A DNA stretch of 64,000 nt. It comes from Mycobacteriales bacterium (GTDB lineage: Bacteria > Actinomycetota > Actinomycetes > Mycobacteriales > DASULA01). The position numbers and the translations under genes are program-made. The stretch is from positions 3,139-67,138 of the forward strand of contig DATCWR010000086.1 of assembly GCA_036566245.1 (NCBI GenBank), read 5' to 3'. How positions within the stretch are numbered: position 1 is the first letter of the stretch; each line of letters begins with the position of its first letter. Shown piece after piece: positions 54,858 through 63,460 of this stretch. The notes beneath the pieces were generated by a model, which was not told the DNA's origin, did not search any database, and saw only the letters and a program-made list of their open reading frames with translations.

Positions 54858-56873
54858 TCAGGAGTCGTTCTGGGCCTCACTGACCACGGCCGTGGGCACC
54901 GCGGCATCCAGGTGGGACACCCACTCCACCACCCGGCGGGCGATGTCCTGGGCGGTCAGTCCGATCTCCGCCTTGACCAGATCGGCTTTGCCGTGCTCCA
55001 GGAACCGCTGTGGGATACCCACGTCGCGGGTGGGCACGTCCACCTCGGCGTCCCGCATCGCCTGCGACACCCGGGAACCCACGCCGTTGATCCGGCCGCC
55101 GTCCTCCAGCGTCACCACCAGTCGGTGCCGGGCTGCCATCTCCACCAACTCGGGCGGTACCGGGGTCACCCAGCGAGGGTCGACCACGCTGACCGTGATG
55201 CCCTGTGCACCAGACCGGTCAGCCACCTCCAACGCGGTGGCAGCCATCGCCCCCACCGACACCAACAACACGTCGGCGTTCTCCGGCTCGCGCAACACGT
55301 CCACGGTGCCCACCCGGCGCAGGGCCGGGATGTCCGCACCGAGCGCGGTCTTCGGGTACCGCAGCACGGTGGGGCCGGTGGTGTGCGCGACGGCCTCACG
55401 CAACTCCTCGCGGACCGTTGGCTCGTCCCGGGGCGCGGCGATCCGGATGCCCGGTACCACGCCCAACATGCCCAGGTCCCACATGCCGTTGTGGGAGGGC
55501 CCGTCCTCCCCGGTCACCCCCGCCCGGTCAAGCACGAAGGTGACTCCCAACCGGTGCAGCGCCACGTCCATCAGCACCTGGTCGAACGCCCGGTTGAGGA
55601 ACGTCGAGTACAGCGCGACCACCGGATGCATCCCGCCCAGGGCCAGCCCGGCCGCCGAGGTTGTCGCGTGCTGCTCGGCGATGCCCACGTCGAACACCCG
55701 TCGCGGGTATGCCTCGGCAAAGGGGGCCAGGCCGGTGGGGTGCAGCATCGCGGCGGTGATCGCCACCACGTCGGGCCGACTGGCGCCGATGGCGACCATC
55801 TCGTCGGCGAACACGCCCGTCCAGGTGCGTCCCTTGCGCTTGAGTTCCCGCCCGTTGGCCGGGTCGAACGCGCCCGGGCCGTGCAGGCAGTCGGCCTCGT
55901 CGTTCTCCGCCGGGCCGTAACCGAAGCCCTTGCGGGTCACACAGTGCACGATCACCGGGCCGCCGAAGTCACGGGCCCGGCGCAGGGCCGACTCCAACGC
56001 CGGCATGTCGTGCCCGTCGACCGGGCCGACGTACTTCAACCCCAGGTCCTCGAACAGACCCTGGGGGGCGAGGATGTCCTTCACCCCCCGCTTGATGCCG
56101 TGCAGCGCGTCATAGATGGGACCACCCAACACCGGCGTACGACCGAGTGCCTCCTTGACCGCCTCCAGCGCCTTCTCGTACCCCGGGCGCAACCGCAGGG
56201 TGGCCAGATGGTCGGCCAGGCCACCGATCGTCGGCGAGTAGGACCGGCCGTTGTCGTTGACCACGATCACCACGCGGCGTTCCTTGCCGGCGGCGATGTT
56301 GTTCAACGCCTCCCAACACATGCCACCGGTCAGCGCACCGTCCCCCACCACGGCCACCACGCAACGCTCCGGCTCCCGCAGCGCGTAGGCCTTGGACAGT
56401 CCGTCGGCGTAGGACAGTGCGGTGGAGGCGTGCGAGTTCTCGATGACGTCGTGTTCGGACTCGGCCCGGCTCGGATAGCCGGACAGGCCGCCCCGCTGCC
56501 GCAGTTCGTCAAAGCCGGCCTGCCGGCCGGTGACGATCTTGTGCACGTAGGCCTGGTGGCCGGTGTCCCACAGGATGGTGTCCCGGGGCGAGTCGAACAC
56601 CCGGTGCAACGCGAGGGTGACCTCCACCGCACCGAGGTTCGGCCCGAGGTGGCCTCCGGTGCGGGACACCTTCTGGACCAGGAAGTCACGGATCTCGGCG
56701 GCGAGTCGGGGTAGTTGGGCCGGGGGCAGTCGTTTGAGATCACCTGGTGACCGCACCTGACCGAGTAGCGTGTCGGTAACCTGCTGGCGCGGAGTCTCCT
56801 GATGATTGACCACGAGGGCCACTCTAGACGGCCCCGTCGACATGCCGGGTCGAGGCGTGGCGGTGTCACTCAT
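54858..56873 (-). CDS. dxs: 1-deoxy-D-xylulose-5-phosphate synthase
   Basis: [34 protein letters not shown] and transketolase-like C-terminal domains. I chose the ATG at 56873. Confidence 0.9.
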   Translation of the reverse strand: MSDTATPRPGMSTGPSRVALVVNHQETPRQQVTDTLLGQVRSPGDLKRLPPAQLPRLAAEIRDFLVQKVSRTGGHLGPNLGAVEVTLALHRVFDSPRDTILWDTGHQAYVHKIVTGRQAGFDELRQRGGLSGYPSRAESEHDVIENSHASTALSYADGLSKAYALREPERCVVAVVGDGALTGGMCWEALNNIAAGKERRVVIVVNDNGRSYSPTIGGLADHLATLRLRPGYEKALEAVKEALGRTPVLGGPIYDALHGIKRGVKDILAPQGLFEDLGLKYVGPVDGHDMPALESALRRARDFGGPVIVHCVTRKGFGYGPAENDEADCLHGPGAFDPANGRELKRKGRTWTGVFADEMVAIGASRPDVVAITAAMLHPTGLAPFAEAYPRRVFDVGIAEQHATTSAAGLALGGMHPVVALYSTFLNRAFDQVLMDVALHRLGVTFVLDRAGVTGEDGPSHNGMWDLGMLGVVPGIRIAAPRDEPTVREELREAVAHTTGPTVLRYPKTALGADIPALRRVGTVDVLREPENADVLLVSVGAMAATALEVADRSGAQGITVSVVDPRWVTPVPPELVEMAARHRLVVTLEDGGRINGVGSRVSQAMRDAEVDVPTRDVGIPQRFLEHGKADLVKAEIGLTAQDIARRVVEWVSHLDAAVPTAVVSEAQNDS

Positions 56874-56889
56874 GTGTGCCCCCTCCGGG

Positions 56890-58143
56890 CTATCCGGCTC
56901 CGCTGGCCTCACGTCCACGGTGACTCAACGCGTCGACGACCACGGCGGCGATCAGCACCGACCCGGTGATGATGAACCGCAGGTCGTCACTGAGGTTGAG
57001 CAGGTTCAACCCGTTGGGAATGGAACCGATCACCAGGATGCCGAGCAGGGCCGCATACCTGCGGGTACGGCCACCGAACAGGCTGGTACCGCCGATCACC
57101 GCCGCGGCGATGGCGTTGATCAGCACGTCGCCCGTGCCGGTGTCCCGGCCGGCGCTGCCCGCGCGCATCGCCTCCACCACCCCGCCGGTGGCAGCCAGCA
57201 GCGAACAGAGCACGAACACCGAGCAACGGATCGTGTCCACCCGGATACCGGACCGCCGTGCCGCCTCGATGTTGCCACCTATGGCGAACACGTACCGACC
57301 GTAACTGGTCCGACGCAACACCCAGTCGGTCAGCACCACCAGGGCGAGGAAGAACACGAAGATCCAGGGCACTCCCAGGTCCTGGCACAGCGCGTAGATG
57401 ACCAGGCCGGAGACCGCCGCGATACCGGCCGCTTGGGCCACGATGCCGCCCATCGAGTGGGCCCGCAGTCCGGCGGCCACCCGTTGCTGGCGGGTCGCCA
57501 CCGCGGAGAACAGGTACATGCCGACCAGCAGCAGGGCGATGATCCCCGCGCCGGCGTAGCCGAAGTACTTGAACTGCCCGACGTTGAGCAGCCACCCGTT
57601 GCGAGGCAGGTTGATGGTGCCGGTCGAGGCCAGCACCCGACGTTGCACGCCCAACCAGACCAACAGGCCGGCCAGGGTGACCACGAACGACGGCACGCCG
57701 AACTTGATGAAGACCAGTCCGTGCAGCAGGCCGATCAGCGCTCCGATACCCAACGCCAGGGCGATCGCGGTGCCGGCGGACATGCCGTTCTTGACGTTGC
57801 TGACCGCCAGGATCGCCGCGGAGGCACCGCTCACCGAACCAACCGACAGGTCGATCTCGCCGAGCAACAGCATCAGCACCACGCCGACCGCGATGATCCC
57901 GGTCGAGGAGATCTGCGAGGCCAGGCTGACCAGGTTGCTGGAGCTGAGGAACGTTGGTGCTGCGTACTGGAAGATCACGACGATCAGCAACAGGCCGACG
58001 ATGATCGGGGCCGACCCCAGGTCACCCGAACGCAACCGGCGACCGCCGCGGTCCAACCTGCCTCGGATACCGTCGGCCGGTGGTGCCTGTGCCGCGGGAA
58101 TCTCGGCGGTGTCGGTCGTCTGTGCGGTTCCTTCGTCGGCCAT
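56890..58143 (-). CDS. xylH: Sugar ABC transporter permease (XylH/monosaccharide type)
   Basis: 417 aa, about 10-12 TM spans, with the typical ...[10 protein letters not shown]... motif. I chose the ATG at 58143. Confidence 0.8.
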   Translation of the reverse strand: MADEGTAQTTDTAEIPAAQAPPADGIRGRLDRGGRRLRSGDLGSAPIIVGLLLIVVIFQYAAPTFLSSSNLVSLASQISSTGIIAVGVVLMLLLGEIDLSVGSVSGASAAILAVSNVKNGMSAGTAIALALGIGALIGLLHGLVFIKFGVPSFVVTLAGLLVWLGVQRRVLASTGTINLPRNGWLLNVGQFKYFGYAGAGIIALLLVGMYLFSAVATRQQRVAAGLRAHSMGGIVAQAAGIAAVSGLVIYALCQDLGVPWIFVFFLALVVLTDWVLRRTSYGRYVFAIGGNIEAARRSGIRVDTIRCSVFVLCSLLAATGGVVEAMRAGSAGRDTGTGDVLINAIAAAVIGGTSLFGGRTRRYAALLGILVIGSIPNGLNLLNLSDDLRFIITGSVLIAAVVVDALSHRGREASGAG

Positions 58144-58235
58144 ACTCAACCCCGTTTCCCCGGTACCGACCACGGTCCGGACCGGACCGCGTGGTGATGG
58201 TCAATGCTGTGCACGGACGCTGCTCACCCCACCGT

Positions 58236-59150
58236 TCACGTGGCGCCACCCTGGTCCGGGCCGGACCGGCCCCGGCCGCCTGGCTCGTCCCGCGTACCGG
58301 GTTGGCCTCGCGTACCTGGCTGTTCCGGGTCCGGTTGACCAGACGCCCGGTTCCCTCGGCGGGCACGTTCGGACACCACGTTGTCGGTGGCTCCGGTGAT
58401 CGCGGCGACCACCTCCTCGTTGGTGGTGTCCTTCACCCGGAACTCTCCGGCGTTACGCCCCAGCCGCAACACGGTGATCCGGTCGGCGACCGCGAACACG
58501 TCCTGCATGTTGTGGCTGATCAGCACGACGGCCAGACCACGGTTGCGGAGTTGCTCGATCAGGTTGAGCACCTGGGCGGTCTGCGCCACGCCGAGCGCAG
58601 CGGTCGGCTCGTCCAGGGCGATCAGTTTCGGTTCCCCGAGCAGCGACCGACAGATGGCCACGGTCTGGCGCTGACCACCGGACAACGCGGCGACCGGCAG
58701 CCGAACGTTGGGCAGCCGGGCGGACAGTTCGCGCAACAGGTCCCAGGAGCGTTTCTCCATGGTTGCCTCGTCCAGCCGACGGTGCCGCCGGACCTCGTTG
58801 CCGAGGAAGAGGTTGGCCACCACGTCGAGGTTGTCGCACAGGGCCAGGTCCTGGAACACCGTGGCCATACCGAGGTTCTGTGCGGCGTGCGGGTTCGGGA
58901 TCACCACCCGTTCGCCCTGGAACCGGATCTCACCCTCGTCCGCCGGATCCACCCCGGCGATGACCTTGACCAGAGTGGACTTCCCGGCACCGTTGTCACC
59001 GACCAGGGCGACCACCTCGCCGGCGTGTGCCTCGAAGCGCACATCGGACAGTGCCCGGACCGCCCCGAACCGCTTGGAGATGCGGTCCAGGGCGAGCACC
59101 GGGGTGCCGGTCGGCATGGACGTGGAGCCCCCTTCCGAGACTGTGGTCAT
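58236..59150 (-). CDS. xylG: Sugar ABC transporter ATP-binding protein (single NBD)
   Basis: Walker A GDNGAGKSTL, signature LSGGQRQ, Walker B LIALDEPTAAL. GGAGGAG SD. It has a low-complexity Gly/Pro/Arg C-terminal tail. Confidence 0.85.
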   Translation of the reverse strand: MTTVSEGGSTSMPTGTPVLALDRISKRFGAVRALSDVRFEAHAGEVVALVGDNGAGKSTLVKVIAGVDPADEGEIRFQGERVVIPNPHAAQNLGMATVFQDLALCDNLDVVANLFLGNEVRRHRRLDEATMEKRSWDLLRELSARLPNVRLPVAALSGGQRQTVAICRSLLGEPKLIALDEPTAALGVAQTAQVLNLIEQLRNRGLAVVLISHNMQDVFAVADRITVLRLGRNAGEFRVKDTTNEEVVAAITGATDNVVSERARRGNRASGQPDPEQPGTRGQPGTRDEPGGRGRSGPDQGGAT

Positions 59151-59209
59151 CGTCTCCTCCTTCGTCAGACCGGCGGTGGAGCGTTCGGTGTCACGGTGGG
59201 TCAACCGGT

Positions 59210-59241
59210 GTGGTGGCGGGTGGACGATCACCCGCCACCAC
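59210..59241 (-). promoter_or_regulatory. Perfect 13-bp intercistronic hairpin between the binding-protein and ATPase genes
   Basis: GTGGTGGCGGGTG (59210-22), loop GACGAT, CACCCGCCACCAC (59229-41). It lies 7 nt downstream of the xylF-like stop. Confidence 0.6.
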
Positions 59242-59247
59242 GGCCGG

Positions 59248-60333
59248 CTACTGGATACCCAGGGTCTGGCAGGGTGTTGCGAACTCTCCGGTGCACACCT
59301 GCGCCGCGGTGTAGAACCCGTCGGCGAAAATCGTCTGGCTGACGTTCTCCTTGGTGACCGCGACCGGTTCCAACAGGACCGACGGGACGTCCTCGGTGCC
59401 GTTGTTGACGGTGGTGTCGGTCTTCGGCGTACGCCCGTTGGCCAGGTCGACCGCCATCTGTGCGGCGGCCTCGGCCTCCGGCTTGATTCGCTTGTAGACG
59501 GTCATGTACTGCTCACCGGTGATGATCCGCTGGATCGCGGCGATCTCCGCGTCCTGCCCGGTCACCGGCGGGATCGGGTTGACACCCTTGGCCCGCATGG
59601 CCGCGATGGCGCCACCCGCGGTCCCGTCGTTGGCCGCGTAGACACCGACGAAGCCCTTGACGCCCAACCGGGCGATCTGGCCCTCCATGAAGGACTGCGC
59701 GTTGGCCGGCTTCCACTCCGACCAGTAGTCCTCACCCGGCACGAGGGTGAAGCCGCTCGAGTCGAGCACCTGGTGCGCACCCTTGTTGAACAGCAGCGCG
59801 TTGTTGTCCGCCTTGTCGCCGTTGATCATGACGACGTTGCCCGAGGTCTTGCCGTCCTGCTTGAGCTTGTCCACCAGGGACTGTGCCTGGAGCGCGCCGA
59901 CCTTCTCGTTGTCGAACGAGATGTAGCTGTCCAGGTCCGTGTTGGTGACCAGTCGGTCGTAGGACACCACCGGAATCTTCTTCTGCTTTGCCTTGTCCAC
60001 CAACAACCCGGCGGAGCTACTGTCCACCGCGTCCAGCACGATGACGTCGACCTGTTGCGACAGGGCGGCCTCGAACTGGTTCTGTTGGGTGCTCTTGTCC
60101 CCGTTGGCGTTCTTGTAGATGACCTCGCAGTCCGAACACAGTTCCTTGACCTTGGCCTCGAAGAGCGGACGGTCGAAGGACTCGTAGCGGGTGGTCTGCG
60201 ACTCCGGCAGCAGCAGCGCGATCTTCTTGCCGCCATCATCGGCAGTGCTCGACGAGCCGTTGCATCCGGCCAGCGCCAGTGAGGCAAGCACGACCACGGT
60301 CAGCACCGTGGCCCGGCGGCGATTGTGGGACAC
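59248..60333 (-). CDS. xylF: Sugar ABC transporter substrate-binding lipoprotein (XylF-like), copy 1
   Basis: VSHNRRRATVLTVVVLASLALAGCNG lipobox, then KKIALLLPESQTTRYESFDRPLF... (periplasmic-binding-protein type I fold). GTG at 60333 with GGAGGGG upstream. Confidence 0.85.
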   Translation of the reverse strand: MSHNRRRATVLTVVVLASLALAGCNGSSSTADDGGKKIALLLPESQTTRYESFDRPLFEAKVKELCSDCEVIYKNANGDKSTQQNQFEAALSQQVDVIVLDAVDSSSAGLLVDKAKQKKIPVVSYDRLVTNTDLDSYISFDNEKVGALQAQSLVDKLKQDGKTSGNVVMINGDKADNNALLFNKGAHQVLDSSGFTLVPGEDYWSEWKPANAQSFMEGQIARLGVKGFVGVYAANDGTAGGAIAAMRAKGVNPIPPVTGQDAEIAAIQRIITGEQYMTVYKRIKPEAEAAAQMAVDLANGRTPKTDTTVNNGTEDVPSVLLEPVAVTKENVSQTIFADGFYTAAQVCTGEFATPCQTLGIQ

Positions 60334-60570
60334 CGAACCCCTCCATTGACGAGCGCCCTGAGGGCGGGAACTCCCCGCGTCGTCGCGGGACATCTGGGGG
60401 ATGGTGGCGCGCCGCCGACGCGGCGCCCGCTGGTCTGCCTGCGCTCCTCCCCTGCCGTCGGGACTGACGTAACTCAGGCCCACCATCCCCTTGCCTGGGC
60501 GAGTCAGCAACATCAAGTTCGGCGTATATTAGCTGAAAGCCCGAAAAGTCAACAGCAGTAGTGTCGATTC

Positions 60571-60605
60571 TTGACAGAACATGGCCCAAGCCGCAAGATG
60601 CCCGC
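60571..60605 (+). promoter_or_regulatory. Putative promoter giving a leaderless ROK-regulator mRNA
   Basis: TTGACA (60571-76), a 17-nt spacer, then CAAGAT (60594-99). The ATG at 60606 lies 6 nt downstream and has no SD. Confidence 0.45.
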
Positions 60606-61805
60606 ATGTCCTCAGCGGAGCGCTGGCCGTTCCGGGCCCTGCCCCGCAACGCCCGACGGCTACTGGACACCCTGCGTCGCCACGGCCGGGCCACCAGAGC
60701 GGACCTGGTCGAGGCGACCGGGATGTCCCGGGCCACGGTGTCGGTGGCACTGGCCCGGCTCACCCGGGAGGGGCTGGTCATCGAGGTCGCGGAGTCGGCC
60801 GGCACCGGGCCGTCCGGCGGCCGGCCTCCCCTGGTGGTGCGACTGGGCCCCAGGGCCGGTCTGGCCGTCGGCGTGGACGTGGGACGGCGGCATCTTCGGG
60901 TCGCGGTCGCCGATCTGGGGCACGAGGTGCTGGCCGAGGACGCCCGGGAACTGTGCGGGGAGGTCGGGGCCGAGACCGTGCTGGACCTGGCCGCCGAGTT
61001 GGTGTGTTCGGCGCTGAGCCGCCTGGGCCACTCCGTGGCCGACGTGGTCGGGGTGGGCATGGGCATACCCGCTCCGGTCGCCCAGGGCACCGGACGGGTG
61101 GTGGCGCCGACCATCCTGCCCGAGTGGGCCCACCTGTGTGCCGGTGCCGAACTGGCCGACCGACTGGGTCGGCCGGTGGTGACCGACAACGACGCCAACC
61201 TCGGCGCGTTGGCCGAACACATGTGGGGCGCCGGTCGGGGCCACGACACGATCGCGTACATCAAGGCCGCCACCGGCATCGGTGGCGGGATCGTGGTGGC
61301 CGGCCGGTTGTTCCGTGGCCTGTCCGGCACCGCCGGCGAACTCGGACACGTGGTGCTCGACGAGAACGGCGACGTGTGCCGCTGCGGCAACCGTGGCTGC
61401 CTGGAGCTGGTGGCCGGCGGTTCGGCGCTGGTGGCGGCGCTACGCCGCAGCAACCGGAACGTGACCAGCCTTCCGGAACTCATCCAGTACGTCCGGGCCG
61501 GTGACACCGCGTGTGTGCGGCTTGTCGCCGACGCCGGTACCCACATCGGTATCGCCGTGGGCAGTCTGGTCAACGTGCTCAATCCGCAGCGCATCATCGT
61601 GGGCGGTGAACTCGGGCAGGCCGGTGAGGTTCTACTCGAGCCGATGCGCCGGGCGCTGCGGCGTTGTGCGGTGTCACCGGCGGTGGACTCGGTGGAGGTG
61701 GTCCCCTGCGGCCTGGGTGACCGTTCGGAGGTACTCGGGGCGGTGGCCGTGGTGCTCCGCGAGCCCGAGCGGGTCCAGCAGGTCACGGCCGAACGGGTGG
61801 GCTGA
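60606..61805 (+). CDS. ROK family transcriptional regulator
   Basis: N-terminal wHTH (LLDTLRRHGRATRADLVEATGMSRATVSVALARLTREGLV). ROK sugar-kinase-like fold with the zinc motif GHVVLDENGDVCRCGNRGCLE. Confidence 0.9.
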   Translation: MSSAERWPFRALPRNARRLLDTLRRHGRATRADLVEATGMSRATVSVALARLTREGLVIEVAESAGTGPSGGRPPLVVRLGPRAGLAVGVDVGRRHLRVAVADLGHEVLAEDARELCGEVGAETVLDLAAELVCSALSRLGHSVADVVGVGMGIPAPVAQGTGRVVAPTILPEWAHLCAGAELADRLGRPVVTDNDANLGALAEHMWGAGRGHDTIAYIKAATGIGGGIVVAGRLFRGLSGTAGELGHVVLDENGDVCRCGNRGCLELVAGGSALVAALRRSNRNVTSLPELIQYVRAGDTACVRLVADAGTHIGIAVGSLVNVLNPQRIIVGGELGQAGEVLLEPMRRALRRCAVSPAVDSVEVVPCGLGDRSEVLGAVAVVLREPERVQQVTAERVG

Positions 61806-61870
61806 CGTCGTCCTCCCACCCGTTCCCCCCGCTCCTGTGCACACCGACCGTGTCGTTGAAGCAACCGTGA

Positions 61871-62953
61871 TCAGTGGATGCCAAGCTGGTCGCAGGACTT
61901 GGCGAACTCACCGGTACATATCTGGGACGGCGTGTAGAAGTTGTCGCCGAAGATAACCTTCTTGACGTTGCTCCTGGTAACCGCGACCGGGTCCAACAAC
62001 ATCGACGGGACCTTACCCGCGCCGTTGTCGATACTGGTGGTGGTCTTGGGTTTCTTGCCCTGGGCCAGTGCCACCGCCATCTTCGCCGCGTTGTCGGCCT
62101 CCGGCTGGATCTTCTTGTACACGGTCATGAACTGCTCGCCGCCGATGATCCGCTGGACCCCGGCCTTCTCCGCGTCCTGCCCGGTGACCGGTGGTAGCGG
62201 CTTCACACCCTTGGCCCGCATGGCCGCGATCGCGCCACCGGCGGTGGCGTCATTGGCAGCGTAGACACCGACGAAGCCGTCGGCACCGAGCTTCGATATC
62301 TGGCCCTCCATGAACGCCTGTGCCTTGTCGGACTTCCACTGCTCGGTCCAGAAGTCCTGGCCGGGCACGACGGTGTACCCGCTGGAATCGAGGACCTGGT
62401 GGGCACCCTGGTTGAACAACTGGGCGTTGTTGTCGGCCCGGTCACCGTTGATCATGACGATCTTTCCGGACTTCTTACCGTCCTTCTTCAGCTTGTCCAC
62501 CAGCGCCTGGGCCTGCATACGTCCGACCCGGACGTTGTCGAACGACATGTAGGCGTCCAGCTTCGCGCCACGAATCAGCCGGTCGTAGGCGATCACCGGA
62601 ACCTTCTTCTGGTTCGCCTTCTGGACCAGGCTGCCGGCCGAACTGCTGTCCACCGGGTCGAGCACGACGACATCGACCTGCTGCGACAGCGTCGCCTCCA
62701 TCTGGGACTGCTGCACGCTCTTGTCATTATTGGCGTTCTTGTACACAACCTTGCAGCTCTTGCACAGCTTTTTCACCTGTGCCTCGAATAGCGGTCGGTC
62801 CAACGACTCGTACCGCGTCGTCTGGGACTCCGGCAACAACAGTGCGATTTTCTTCCCACCGCCGCCGGACGTACCACCGTTGCACGCGCCAAGGCCGGAC
62901 GCCGCCAGCACGACCACGGTCACCAGCATGACATTACGACGAAACCGTGACAC
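61871..62953 (-). CDS. Sugar ABC substrate-binding lipoprotein (XylF-like), orphan copy 2
   Basis: VSRFRRNVMLVTVVVLAASGLGACNG lipobox. It is collinear with copy 1 over the full length, with identity well above half by eye. GTG at 62953 in the same GGAGGnGG(c)TTCG-GTG-TC context as copy 1. Confidence 0.85.
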   Translation of the reverse strand: MSRFRRNVMLVTVVVLAASGLGACNGGTSGGGGKKIALLLPESQTTRYESLDRPLFEAQVKKLCKSCKVVYKNANNDKSVQQSQMEATLSQQVDVVVLDPVDSSSAGSLVQKANQKKVPVIAYDRLIRGAKLDAYMSFDNVRVGRMQAQALVDKLKKDGKKSGKIVMINGDRADNNAQLFNQGAHQVLDSSGYTVVPGQDFWTEQWKSDKAQAFMEGQISKLGADGFVGVYAANDATAGGAIAAMRAKGVKPLPPVTGQDAEKAGVQRIIGGEQFMTVYKKIQPEADNAAKMAVALAQGKKPKTTTSIDNGAGKVPSMLLDPVAVTRSNVKKVIFGDNFYTPSQICTGEFAKSCDQLGIH

Positions 62954-63111
62954 CGAAGCCTCCTCCGCGCTGGCGGAATCTGACTCACCAGGATCCGCAT
63001 GTCCGAGCCACCCCCGGTGGTGACCCGCGCGGCACACCAGAACCGGTCAGGCACCCCCGCTCGTCCGACATCCCGAAGAACCCCAGAGGAACCAAAGAAG
63101 AACCTCGGATA

Positions 63112-63147
63112 CACCATCCGCCCATCCGGGTGACTCAGCAACACCAA
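63112..63147 (-). promoter_or_regulatory. Conserved upstream block shared with copy 1 (60481-60516); putative promoter/operator
   Basis: 28 of 36 positions are identical and ungapped between the two blocks. On the coding strand it reads TTG(A/G)TGTTGCTGA(C/G)TC...GGATGGTG, a possible TTGCTG -35 and GATGGT -10 with a 17-nt spacer in both copies. Confidence 0.4.
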
Positions 63148-63233
63148 CGCTCCGTGAACAAGAATCAGAAGTGTGTGGCACAAATCCGAACCATTGCCCG
63201 ACGGAATTCACACACCCGGGGGAACTGCTGTCC

Positions 63234-63279
63234 GCGACACCGGTCGGTGTCGCGCCGCGAACGGTAACCCGGTTACCGT
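63234..63279. promoter_or_regulatory. Two adjacent near-perfect palindromes in the divergent intergenic region
   Basis: GCGACACCG-GT-CGGTGTCGC (63234-63253) and ACGGTAACC-C-GGTTACCGT (63261-63279), 7 nt apart. Confidence 0.5.
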
Positions 63280-63460
63280 CCGGCACAGGAGAACCCGTCA
63301 GGTGCGTCCGGAGGGCACGGCCAACGAAGCGGCAGAGGGCGTGGGTGGAACGAAGCCCCCCACACAGGGCAACACAGACACCACACCCCACGACCCGCAA
63401 CCCCCGGGCTGGGGCTCTGCCCCGGCGAGGGCCTGGAAGCGCTGATCTAGCCTTACCGGG

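Noticed and set aside
60236-61864. 542-aa minus-strand ORF
   Set aside because: It is antisense to the ROK regulator gene, and its composition is Ser/Arg/Pro/Thr-rich shadow-frame.
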